Shown here piece after piece: positions 1 to 11,333 of a stretch of DNA of 64,000 bases (the stretch's first letter is position 1; every line of letters begins with the position of its first letter). Under the pieces are notes generated by a model. It was not told where the DNA came from. It did not search any database and was given only the letters and a program-made list of their open reading frames with translations. Source of the stretch: Tubulanus polymorphus (Eukaryota > Animalia > Nemertea); contig NC_134027.1 in assembly GCF_964204645.1 (NCBI RefSeq), forward strand, positions 14,168,485 to 14,232,484, read 5' to 3'. The position numbers were made by a program, and so were the translations under genes.

Positions 1-2939
1 TGAGACAGATAGATGACAACACTGTGTAACGATACTGCATAGAAATATAAGTTGTGATCTCATTTTCAAATTTTGCTGTCAAAATGATCGAAAACGATAA
101 TTTCACAAACATGGGATCCTTTGTGGTCTCCTGCTAATTGAAGAAAATGCCAAATCTTTAATATTTACTACCCTTTTGAGATCATTTGTACATCAATGAA
201 ATAGCACCCCCATCTGGATATCTGGATATATCACCAGATGTGCTCTCCTACCATTCAATCTACCCAACATAACCAAAATCCAATACAAGATCACAACGTT
301 ATAGCCCCACGCACACGGCAAGGAAAAAAACATTTTTTCCTCTTGAAAAAGGTTTTCGATGATTTTTCTTATACCATGTTGAACGTTTTATAGATTGCGG
401 GTTTAACTTTTTACTCAAAATGTTTTGTGAAAAATAAGTTTGATGAAACAAACGTTTTACCGTATGCGGCGGGCTTTTGGCTTCACCCAAGCATATTACT
501 AATACCAGAGTGCATATTCGAGATTTATGGATAATTCAAGAAGAAATCATCTAGAATTCTGTTCCATTGATATCTTTCTGCAAATTCAAATTCAAAAATA
601 CAAATCTTTTTCTGCAATTTCTGTAACACATTATATCAGATTCAAAACCTGTTAAATCCATAAATTAATATGGGAATTTGGCATGACAAATTTATAAGAA
701 TATCATACATGCATCATAAAAACACAAATGACACAACTCATATATAACTAACTTTAAATTGAAACAAAAGTGAAGAGTTACAAGGTAAGACACAAATGCA
801 ATGGTTTAAAATCAAAATCTCACCTTCATACAATACAAATCGCCCTCCATAGTGGCATTTCTCATATGTTTTATAGTTAAATTTGCAATCGGCCCAGCTC
901 TGCACGGATTCTGCACCGAAATGGCAAATATAAGATAATTTCGAATACAGGAAAGCGTTTGTCGATCGACTGGTTCATCCGACATCAGTGATGTTACTGC
1001 CCTCCTCGCCTTGTATGAGTATAACACGTTCTTGATCTCTGTTGGATTCAGTCGATACTCTGAAATAATTGCATTCAATTCTCAAATATTCGGGAGAATC
1101 TTACTAATCAGACGCACCAACTGCTCTGAATTTGACCTTGAAGAAATAATATTTTGTTTAAATTGAAAAAAAAAAGCGAAGCCAGTCTCTCCAGCCTGAG
1201 GCGAGACTAGCGCACCTACCGCTCTGAGTCAGATTTTAAATAAAAGTATGTTTGGTTAAAATAGAAGAAAAAGCAAAGTGTAGTCGAACCCCCGTGCCAG
1301 TCTCTCCAGGCTGAGGAGAGACCGGGCGCGCCAACCGCTCTGAGTTGGATTTTAAATAAAAATTTGGTTGGGTTTTAAATTGAAAAAAGCGAAGCTTAAA
1401 GGTGCCAGTCTCCCCAGCCGAGGAGACACTGGGTGTGCCAACTGCTCTGAAGCAGATTATGCAACATAAGATTTATATCTATTGACGCTAGTGGTTATAG
1501 AATGCAATGCATACTTGAAAATCTGACAATTCAACATTTACCACTCTGACTGGTAAATACAGTACTAATCAGTTTACCTGGAAACATATTATATGCATAG
1601 AACAAGTTTTAAGCTAGATTTTTTGGATTGAATGTGATCACTTAAACATATGAAGATACCATGTTTATACCTATTGTTCAATGCCCCTGGCGAAAATTCA
1701 TAGACTTTCAATGACATCAAAACTTATCACTATCACGTCATAAGCTATTAATTTGCATTACATTGTGGTTATAAAGTATGGATAGTTACGAATAGAAATA
1801 GACACATTGTATATAAGTTACTAAAACTTAAAGCCGAGGACACACTGGGCGATTTCGTCGGTAAAATCGCCGGTAAAATCGCTCAGTGTGTCCAGGCAAT
1901 CGCCTTCGGCGATTTAGTTTCCCGACGAAATCGACCGAATCCAACGTGTTGGATTCTGTCGCCGGTGACAGAATCGCCCAGTGTGTCCGGGTACGGCAAT
2001 CAGTCGCCTCGAGCGCCGTATCAACCAGCCAATCACGGCTCTTCGACGGTTCTACTGATAGCAAAATGGCGACCTCTATCGAATCAACTTGGGAAACCTG
2101 GCCGACGAAATCGCCTAGTGTGTGAGGGTCTGTCGGGTCGAAATCGCCCAGTGTGTCTTCGGCTTAGGCAGTTTAATACTGAAAAATAACAAATATAACA
2201 AATATAGAATTTCGTCTCAAGTAAGGAACTTTAATTTTTTTTCATACTGGATATAACGAACTATCGGTTATAACAAACAGATTTTCTGGTCCCTTGAAGT
2301 TCACTGTAACGAGGTTCCACTGTATTTAGCACAAAAAAAAACTCAATCCATTGTAACCTATGAAAAGTGTTCGAATCAACATACCGCTGTCTATCAATTG
2401 CTTATCTATATAGCGCTTGGCCTTAGTCTTTTTGCCGATCGTGGTCCAATTCACGGTGCTTGCGTGCGATCGACTCACCATTTCCGCCGTTTGATTCTTG
2501 TTTGATACCCCGACCTTTAGAAAGATAATTGTAGGCCTATATGATGCGCATTTCAAGGAAATGTTCGACGATTTCGTGATTTTTCAATAAGTATATACTT
2601 ACAGACTCGACGTACAACAAAAATTTACGCCACACCGCAATGTAGGCTTCAATAGTGCCTGGCCGTTTTTCTGAGTCAACCATGGATTTTAGATATTCTT
2701 TTAGTTTATGTTTATTTAAAGTAAACTGCATTGCGATCAGCATATCTCGAATCCGCTGCCTTCTTTGAGATGCAGCGTTCGTGTCAACCTTTTTTAATCC
2801 GCAGCTCCAGGAAATGAAATTTGAGACAATGTTGTCTGTCGGGAGCTGCGGATACTCTGAATCAGGTTTCGTTTTCGTGTCGTTTGGTACAGCACATCTA
2901 TCTGTTGAGGATCTGATTAATCGGTCTCGCTTGTTTGCG
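1..2939 (-). CDS. Multi-exon tyrosine-recombinase-like (Crypton-type/phage-integrase-like) gene 'YR1'; exons ~2939-2537, ~1090-823, ~135-<1; runs off the window; probably damaged
   Basis: ORF 812-1078 has IRNYLIFAISVQNPCRAGPIANLT, a box-I Arg motif of invertebrate YRs. ORF 2537-2743 has KRPGTIEAYIAVWRKFLLYV, an integrase SAM-like 'T..Y...F' helix. Splice signals: acceptor ttctaccttag at 2940, donor AAG|gtgaga near 822. An open frame continues at 135-1. Confidence 0.6.
1110..1460 (-). repeat. Three (plus one partial) ~110-bp units with tRNA-like A/B boxes and an internal hairpin
   Basis: ccagtctc...gagac hairpins start at ~1182, ~1298 and ~1405, each followed by (a)ccgctctga...att. The middle copy on - reads ctcagagcggttggcgcg...ggttcgac...ttttt. 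Confidence 0.6.
1832..2164. mobile_element. PIF/Harbinger-type MITE
   Basis: ~26-bp TIR agccgaggacacactgggcgatttcg / cgaaatcgcccagtgtgtcttcggct with 1 mismatch; flanks TAA/TAG; same AGCCG termini as the MITE at 34443. Confidence 0.8.
2248..2322. mobile_element. Tc1/mariner (Tigger-like) MITE right end
   Basis: ...gttcactgtaacgaggttccactg|TA terminus with ataacga-type subterminal repeats; the matching left end was not found. Confidence 0.5.
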
Positions 2940-3293
2940 CTAAGGTAGAAATCAATGATAATGATAATCGACTGATTGATATAACGAGTATCGAAATATC
3001 TCAGGTAGTTATAAACCTGAACTTTTAAAATTGTAGAATCTTAAGAATGCATGAGCTTCATCTATACTAAAAGAGACAAATCGCGAAACGTTGTCACGGA
3101 TTGGTGCGGTCTGTGCGCTATGCAGCTTTTGGTACCAAATGAAAGTTACTGGTCGTGTGTAGTTTTAAGATCAAATTTTTGCGATACGATATATATTAGA
3201 TAGATCTTTGGACCCTATAAGTTTGGATGCTCTGCGCGACGTCACTGCGTGCGCTGATCGAAAAAAACAGTTGTCCGCTGATTTATCTTCTGA

Positions 3294-4368
3294 TTTTTAG
3301 CCCACTTGGGACTTTAGTCCGATCGGGCTATTGCGTTCACTTTTCGTCCGTCGCTGGTCCGTTCATCCGTCCGTGCGTAGACGGAATCCAGTTATTTTGG
3401 GAAGTTTTGAAGACGCTTCAATGTAATGTCTTGATATTTGGGTAACACGTGTATCTACCCTAGATACATCTTCAGCCCAAAAACTGGCCCTGTCAGAATC
3501 AAGATGGCTGACTGGTAGCCATTGTTTGCCAAAATCAGCACTATTTACACATTTTTTAACTTTTTAAAGGAAATTTTGAAGACGCTTTGATCAATTACCT
3601 TGTTCTTTCGTATATATTTGAATCCCCCAAGGGCCCATCAACGTAAGAAAAATTGGGCCGATCGGACTCAAGATGGCCGTCCTATGACCTTTTTAGTGCC
3701 CAAAAATGTAAATTTTGGCCCAAATTCTGAGTCCTGTAGCTTCCTACTGGTTTGCCATTTCTCATTGCAATTTGTGATGGATATTCTTTGGATAGGGGTG
3801 TTTTATACCTCAGAGATGTATTATTGATCAGGCAATTATGGCGCAGTTGGCAGCCATCTTATGGTCATCAGTACTCATTCATAGGTGGGAAAAACTTATT
3901 CAACATTGTATTGATACCTAAGCATATTGTGTTACCACAATGTATTGGAAAGTTGTAGCTCATAACGTTTTCTATGATTTTGGTGAGTTTCAAGGTCATT
4001 GCTTTTTGTTTATAACCACCAGGGGGCATTGAATAATACAATAACTTAGTATTTCTGTATTATATTTGTACCTACGCATTAGATTGGTACATAGGGATAT
4101 TTGGTTACCATGATCAATTGCAAAGTTGTAGTTCATGACATTTTCTATGATTGTGGTGAGTTTCAAGGTCATTGGGTTTTGCATATGGTCACCAGGGGGC
4201 GTTGAATAGTAGAATAACTTAGTATTTCCTTATTAGATTGGTAGGTAGGGCTATTTTAAAGTTGTAGCTCATGACATGTTCTATGATTGTGGTGAGTTTC
4301 AAGGTCATTGGAATTGTTAGATTGTTGAGCATTTGAAACCACTTCCCAAGTGTCTCTGGACCCTAGTT
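3294..4368 (+). mobile_element. Helentron-associated non-autonomous element (HINE/DINE-like) with internal tandem repeat
   Basis: T-run start, then tagcccacttgggac...gggcta stem and (gtcc)n microsatellite. Three copies of aagttgtagctcat...tttcaaggtcattg at ~3951, ~4122 and ~4259. Sub-TIR cacttggga/tcccaagtg. The same head occurs inverted at 18380-18447. Confidence 0.7.
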
Positions 4369-5703
4369 GCACTTAGCTATCTGTTCGAAATATTCAAAGG
4401 CTTATTCAAAGTCAAACACAGTACGCTTAGTTACAAATTACGCAATTTCAGCAGTAAGACCGCCATACAGCCAGTAGAGGAGAGCCCTGAAACACATTAA
4501 TTATAATCAATAATCAACAAGATATATGATGAGTAAAGTGTAATAAACTCACGAGCTACGTCATAACTTTCTTTACAATACGGCCGGTGTTTATCGAGGC
4601 GATAGATGCGCATTCTGCAATGTGGACATTCTTTTGTTTTCGAACGTCTTTGTTTTTGTTATCGCACCGATGTTTCCGATATTGCGGTGGGCTTGATCTG
4701 AAAATTTTAAGGTATCGACCATGAACATTCGACATTTTACATGGAATAAACCTTCCATAATCAATTTCAATTTGATCTACTGTGAAAATGTTCTTGTTCA
4801 TTACCCTGATGTACATACTGTAAAAAACTGACACAAATGATAAACTTTAAAAGTAAGTAGAAATTCAATTAAATAAAACTTCTGGAATTATCATCGATGA
4901 AACAAAAAAGCCACTAAGAAGCGTCATTTTGACCAGTACCTTCAGTTCAGTGAATTTGTTCCAGACCAGTGGTGCACGAGTCGCAGGTGTCTCGGCACTC
5001 GTGTCACCGCCTTCTTGCACACCGGACACTTATGCAGGTATAAAATGTGTTCATTTTTGAAAGCTGCTCATGATTTCTGCTCATGCACACTTTTTCCTTT
5101 CTGAAAGTTGCTCAGGTTTTTAGAAAGCTGCTCAGAATTTTTGCTCATGTTTCAAGTTGGTCAGAATTTATGCTAAGGTATTATTCTAAAAGCTGCTCAG
5201 AATTTTTGCTCAGGTTTCTAGATTTCTGCTCATGATTTCTGCTCATTTTCCTTGAGAGAAAAGGTTTGAAACATTTCTGAAAAATTAATTGCCAGAAATA
5301 ATAAACAACTGCTACTGGTACATGAATAGAGCCAAATTACCTTTAGCTCAGTTCATTGTCTTTATTTTAATCAAAGTATATAATCAAATATTTTAGTGCT
5401 TTTTCATGGGTAACACACCAAACCACTGGTGTCTGTCCTATACCACTGGTACATGTAAGCAATCAGCCAACAATCAATTACCATGCACTCTGCTCATTGT
5501 CTTTATTTTGATTGCTTTTTTCATGGGTAACACACCAGACCACTTGTACATAGACTAATTGGCCCCTAAAATTTCTGCCTAGTAGCCCGGGTCTAATCAA
5601 AACATTTATATTGTGCCTGATACATTATATAGCCTAAACCACTACAGTGGTACTCATACCTGATCAAGTTAGTGCAACTGGTCACATCTTATCTACAGAA
5701 TCT

Positions 5704-6562
5704 TGCGAACAAGACATTATAATTTGTTATAGTTTTGTTACAGTATTTATTCATAGTTTATTTTTTCATCATATCGTTAACGCATATATAGTTTATTTTA
5801 TCATAACGATACGGCATACCTACATTTTATCATTATGGATACTCGAACCCAGAAAGCGCAGTGTAAGTTAATAAAAAGTGTCGACAATTATGCGAAAAGT
5901 ACAAACATTGAGGTTGGAACATTTTACTTTCATTTGGACAAAGTAACCAAGGAAAAAAAATAGCTGTCATCGGCTCATCACTGGCAAAAAGTGCGATACT
6001 GGAAAACTTGGATGGCATCACGACATCAATAAACATTGCGTTAACAACACCGACGATGGAAATAGCACCACCAGCAACGCAGGATATTGTTATCGACGAA
6101 CCTGTATATGAGCTCCCAGATTTAAGAATTGTGCGAACAAGACATTATAATTTGTTATAGTTTTGTTACAGTATTTATTCATAGTTTATTTTTTCATCAT
6201 ATCGTTAACGCATATATAGTTTATTTTATCATATCGATACGGCATACCTACATTTTATCATTATGGATACTCGAACCCAGAAAGCGCAGTGTAAGTTAGT
6301 AAAAAGTGTCAACAATTATGCGAAAAGTACAAACATTGAGGTTGGAACATTTTACTTTCATTTGGACAAAGTAACCAAGGAAAAAAAATAGCTGTCATCG
6401 GCTCATTACTGGCAAAAAGTGCGATACTGGAAAACTTGGATGGCATCACGACATCAATAAACATTGCGTTAACAACACCGACGATGGAAATAGCACCACC
6501 AGCAACGCAGGATATTGTTATCGACGAACCTGTATATGAGCTCCCAGATTTAAGAATTGTGC
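5704..6562. repeat. Near-identical 428-bp tandem duplication
   Basis: tgcgaacaagacattataat starts at 5704 and 6132; both copies end gatttaagaattgtgc (6134 and 6562); few substitutions. Confidence 0.95.
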
Positions 6563-7450
6563 ATGGACGATCATTAAATAAGATACCGCTGATTGATCTC
6601 CGCGTTATAGTTCCAACAGTGGTATTATTATCGAAACTTATTGAAAACCCAAATTGCGAAAATATTCCAAGATGGGGAAATGAGGCAAAAAGAACGCCAT
6701 GGTGGCCATCTGACATTCCATGGAGTAATCCAAAGAGCGATTCAAGAAACAAAGATTTGAAAAATGAAGAGTCGCACACCCAGCTGTGTCGAAGAATAAT
6801 TCGAGCCGCATATGAATACCACAATGTACTTCATTTGACTGGTAAGTCCAACTAACTAGAAATATATCATCTTTGCAGGGTTCCCACAGAGAATATTTTA
6901 GCCTAAATTTCAAGTCAAAATGAAAAGAGTGAAACAATTCACTAATCAACTATTCACTATAGGCTACATAGCCTAACTATAATGTAGCCTACTTTTGGTC
7001 AGCTCGCTAATTAGAAAGATCTTTATTGTTGAGGTAATTAAGTCCTCGTTCAGCTTAGTAACGATCTTTTGTTGAGGTAACTATAAGCCCCAAGTAGGGC
7101 TTAATGTAAAATAATTGTACATGATATTTGATGGAATGGAATATATTATAATTATAACTACTAAGACTACTAAGTAGGCCTACTGTTTGCTTGGTACACC
7201 AGCTTCTCGTGCGCCGTTGTATGGTATGAGCTCCCAAGCTTGCTATTATTTTAATGTGCATGTAACATGTATTCTTTCTGAATTTTTTCAGGTGAATCAG
7301 ATGGAAGTAATGTCTCTCCTCAGAGTGAGAGCGATTCATCAACTTCAAATGCACCATCTCAATCAGACAGAACAAATGCTGCTACAATTAAAATCACTCG
7401 ATGTAACTCAACAAATGCAACACCTGAAGCATCTGCTCCTCAATCAGAAT
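6436..7450 (+). CDS. NRF1/EWG/P3A2-like DNA-binding-domain protein, partial (exons ~6436-6841 and 7292-7450)
   Basis: PRWGNEAKRTPWWPSDIPWSNPKSDSR...SHTQLCRRIIRAAYEYH resembles the NRF1 segment PGWGKESCKPIWWPEDIPWANVRSD...SWTQALRTIVKNCYKQH. Donor G|gtaagt at 6842. The 159-bp phase-1 Ser/Thr-rich exon 7292-7450 is open and bounded by ttttcag/gtaagt. Confidence 0.7.
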
Positions 7451-7462
7451 GTAAGTACATAT

Positions 7463-10400
7463 CAGGGAGGAAAGTTTTCCGGATTTATCCGGAATTCCGG
7501 ATTTTTCAAGTCCAAGGTCATTTTTCTGAAAAGCCTAAAAACGATGAGAAAATGTGAGGGGGGGGGGTAGGGTTTATTTGAAAGTTTGTTGGTACCGGTG
7601 GCCGTAAAAGGGCCGCAGACCGGACAACATTTATTTCGTTTTACAGTTAGATTCTATTACTGACGTTTAACAAGTGTATAATTTCCTTCTGTTACAATTA
7701 TCGATCTTTCGGCGATAGCTGTGCACCTGAGTGACGTGACCTCATTTGTACGTGTAGGCTACGTCTAGACAGCAGAGATCGTTATTGTTCTAAGTTTTTT
7801 GAGTCTCTTAATTCTCTGCAGTAATTGAGTGTGGATAGGTCAAAATGAATTCCAAAATAGTAAGTCGTGCGAGTGACGATATAAAAACTATAGATCGTGA
7901 TGTTAAAAATCCATGGCAATGGGCATGGTTGGGAGAGAAGGATTGTATTGGCGATGTTATGTCGATCTATTTAAAGAAAGTAGATGCTCCTGGACTTGCA
8001 TTTTGTTCTTTGTGTAACATGACTTTGAAATATGGAAACTCGGGGAAAAGTGATTTGAAAAAACATGCTAAGCGTGGAGACCATAAACGGGCCATTGAGG
8101 CCATTCGATCAAACGAACAACTTCCTATAGCTTATCAAGGGGTAGTGCCCCCAGCACTGGAAAGTGATGAATCACCCGGGGCGTCTAGCTCAAATTCTAC
8201 GGCGACTCAAAATCAACCGATTGTGTTGGTCCTCGATCGTTTGTCTAATGCGCAAGCATTAACCGTTAGTTTTCTGGCAGAACACGGGCTGCCGTTTGCA
8301 TTTGCGCCACATTTGATACAATTTACACAGGCTATGTCGAGAGATGAGAAAGTTCTCAGTCAACTTTCCATGAGTAAGGTTACGGCCAAGTATAAACTGA
8401 CTCATGGACTAAGCCCAGCGGTTCACAAGCTTCTAGTTGCAGAGATGCAGCGCATTTTTTTTCAATCAATTTAGATGAATGTACGGCTCAAAATAAAGAG
8501 CGAATCATCACGGTACTCGTCAACTTTTACTCAGAAATCGAAGGAAAGTGTGTCGTTAAGCATTTTGATTCTGTCAGGATGGTAACTGTGAATGCCCAGA
8601 CCGTGTTCGATACCGTTATTGGATTATTTGAATCGGCAAATATTTCTCTCGAAAATCTGATTTCGTCGCTCTCTGATTCGACAAATTACATGCGAGGACG
8701 TCTAAATGGCTATGAAGCCAAATTACGACGAAAAGTCAATCATCTGCTGGACATTGACGGGGACATATGTCATCATGTACACAATATGGTTAAGAACTTT
8801 TGTTCTGCAATTGACTCGTACCTTGAAAGCTTGATGACGATATATATACCGACTTGAAGTATTCCCAGGATATGCGTGAGGCATTAGAACAAATTTGTCT
8901 TATACTGAACATACCGTTTGTAGTTCCCGCTGAAAGAATCTCTCATCGCTGGTTGTCTATGTACGACGTAACCGTAAAAAATCTGGAGCTCTTTGACGCG
9001 CTAACTTGCATTTACTTTTCATTTATGAGCGATGAGGACAGAAACCTCTATGATTACTATGTTATTAACATCCTGAAATCGTGCTCGGAGGCTTCTAGGA
9101 AACGAGTTTACAGTGTCGTTAAAAAAATGAAAAATAAATCCCTCACTGCGGACGGTAAAGAAAGAAAACGACGGATTTATGAAAAAATGTTCTATAAGAG
9201 ACAGGAGACTCTTATACACATGTATACGTATGCACGCATTTTACCTTTGTTCAAATCATTCGTGATGATTTTTGAAGCTGATGAACCCAAAATACATCAG
9301 ATTCATGACGAGATGTATGCGCTGTCTAGAGATTTTACATGTGGATATGTTAAGCACAAGTTTGTTAAAAATCTCACTCCAGAGAAGTTATCCGAGTTCG
9401 ACGCTACAGACAGTACGAAACATCGTAAACTTGACGATATGTTTGTTGGGGCCGTAGCCAGCAACCTATTAGACTCGTGGGACAAAAAAATGCGCACACA
9501 TTTCTTGGAAACTGTATCCAAGGCATAAATTAAATCTGGTGGATATCTACTGAAGAAAATGCCCCTTGAAAATCACCTTCTGCGTTGTTTATCGGCCATA
9601 GGGCCCGATGCGCTCGGTAACAGTGAAACCGCGTCTGCACTGAAAGACTTGGTTACCTACTTTCCCACTGTCATTTCACCAAACGACCACGAATCTATGA
9701 ACAATTATTTATTGGAGATAAATCGCATACAACTTGACACTCATTTAATGAAGTTTGATGCTGAGAAAATTAGGCTTGACCTGTGGTGGACCGAAGTATT
9801 TAAGACCAATAAGTACCCAAACATTGCAAAAGTGGTTAAAGCGTGTATGTCCATATTCACTGGGCCAAGAGTCGAGCATTCGTTTTCTATAATGAATGAT
9901 ATAATGGATAAAAAATCGAACAGGATGCATGCATCAACATTCGCAGCTATTCAAAACGTAAAGTACGACTTGAAGGCTAAAGGTAAAAGCGCGCTTGAAG
10001 TTTACCATAGACCGGACATAGTATATTCACCGGTAGACCGTAATATAGCATATCATATGCATACTGCCTACTCGAGATTTATTAAAAACAACTCGCAAAC
10101 GGGAGAAGAAAAACACCGAAAAACGACAACTTGGTGTTGATTTAGCTCGGGAAAGTGAGCTACTGCCACCAAGAAAAGTTGCCAAAACTGCATCCAATCG
10201 ACCAAGTCGTGTGAACTTGAAAAGAAAAACGGTTCACCAAATAGCTCAAGAAACCAAACGTAGGATTATGTCCAGGGCTAGTGAAAGCCGTCGTCGTCAG
10301 TCTTCCAAATAGACTGAAAATAACTTTGCGTTCGTAGTTTAATAGTTTTTAGATAGTAGTAGTTCTAGTTCAGGTACATTCTTAAATTGAATACTGTATA

Positions 10401-11113
10401 TATGTTTAATGTTAACGGATTTATATCTTATGTGATTTTATCATGACCAATTCGTTGGAATATCCAGTGCAGCCTGCTAGTGCTAACTTTTACTTATATA
10501 TAAGTACTGGTAGTGTTCAAATTCGACATTGTCGGTGTGGAATTATTTGTGTTTTGTCAACATGGGAGCTGTTTATTGGATATTTCATGGAAATGTGAGT
10601 ATTATTTTGCCTTTTTGTTATCAATGTAAAAAATAGAAAAAAAATATTACTGTGTACCGGTACTTCATGAATCAAACTGATGAGGGAGTTTTTAACACGG
10701 AATTCCGGACTTTATTCTAAACTGTTTGTTTGAAATGTTGCGATTATTTATATTGTGAGAATAGCGCATCTGCGTGACCTCATAGTGTGATCGATCATTA
10801 ATAGGCTACGTCTATTCTACGAGCAATTATCTAACTAGATAATTGCTCGTAGGTCTATTTATAGCCACTAGAAGTAGTACGTATAGTGAGAAAACATAGC
10901 GTCGTGTCTCGAGTGTCTATCCTCAATACAGTCATTCGGGTAGCGCGGTGCGCAGCGCTCAATGTTCACTTATTTAGGGGTTCGACCTCTACTGCTTCAG
11001 ATGCTGATTGTTAGTGAAATGTGGATGTGTCGCATTGGAAATGGACATTACTTTCAAAATATAGGGTCATCGTTCATGGGCTCAAGATCGCTCTAAGTGC
11101 TCGGAAAACGCTT
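7463..11113 (+). mobile_element. hAT DNA transposon, right end missing or degraded
   Basis: Left terminus CAGGGAGGAAAGTTTTCCGG with ccggaattccgg subterminal repeats; the same motif recurs at ~10698; no clean right TIR or 8-bp TSD found. Confidence 0.7.
7845..10312 (+). pseudogene. hAT transposase with BED zinc finger (frameshifts and a stop)
   Basis: AFCSLCNM...DLKKHAKRGDH (BED finger); LDE, SDSTNYMRG and DICHHVHN (catalytic D and CxxH-like region); RWLS; WW...KYPNIAKVVKACMSI...VEHSFS (hATC dimerisation domain); split over 4 ORFs. Confidence 0.9.
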
Positions 11114-11166
11114 TCCATGGAATGTCTGATGGCCACCATGGCGTTCTTTTTGCCTCATTTCCCCAA

Positions 11167-11262
11167 CACGCGAATCTCAATAGGGTTTTCTGTGATGTAA
11201 CAGAAAACCCTAATAATCACGCGAATTTCAATAGGGTTTTCTGTGAAGCAACAGAAAACCCT
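11167..11262 (-). mobile_element. Two stacked HINE/Helentron 5'-terminal hairpin units
   Basis: agggttttctgt-N6-acagaaaaccct occurs twice, each next to cacgcgaat; the same motif starts the insertion at 33021. Confidence 0.7.
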
Positions 11263-11333
11263 TAAAATGCACATCTACAATAGGCAATTTGTTAGTGAGA
11301 TTCATGATATCTCCCTAACAATTTGTTATCTAC

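Noticed and set aside
1828-2189. Overlapping short ORFs
   Set aside because: They lie in a GC-rich palindromic MITE; non-coding.
6309-6949. Minus-strand ORFs of 171 and 103 aa
   Set aside because: Antisense shadows of the NRF1-like exon with no recognisable motifs.
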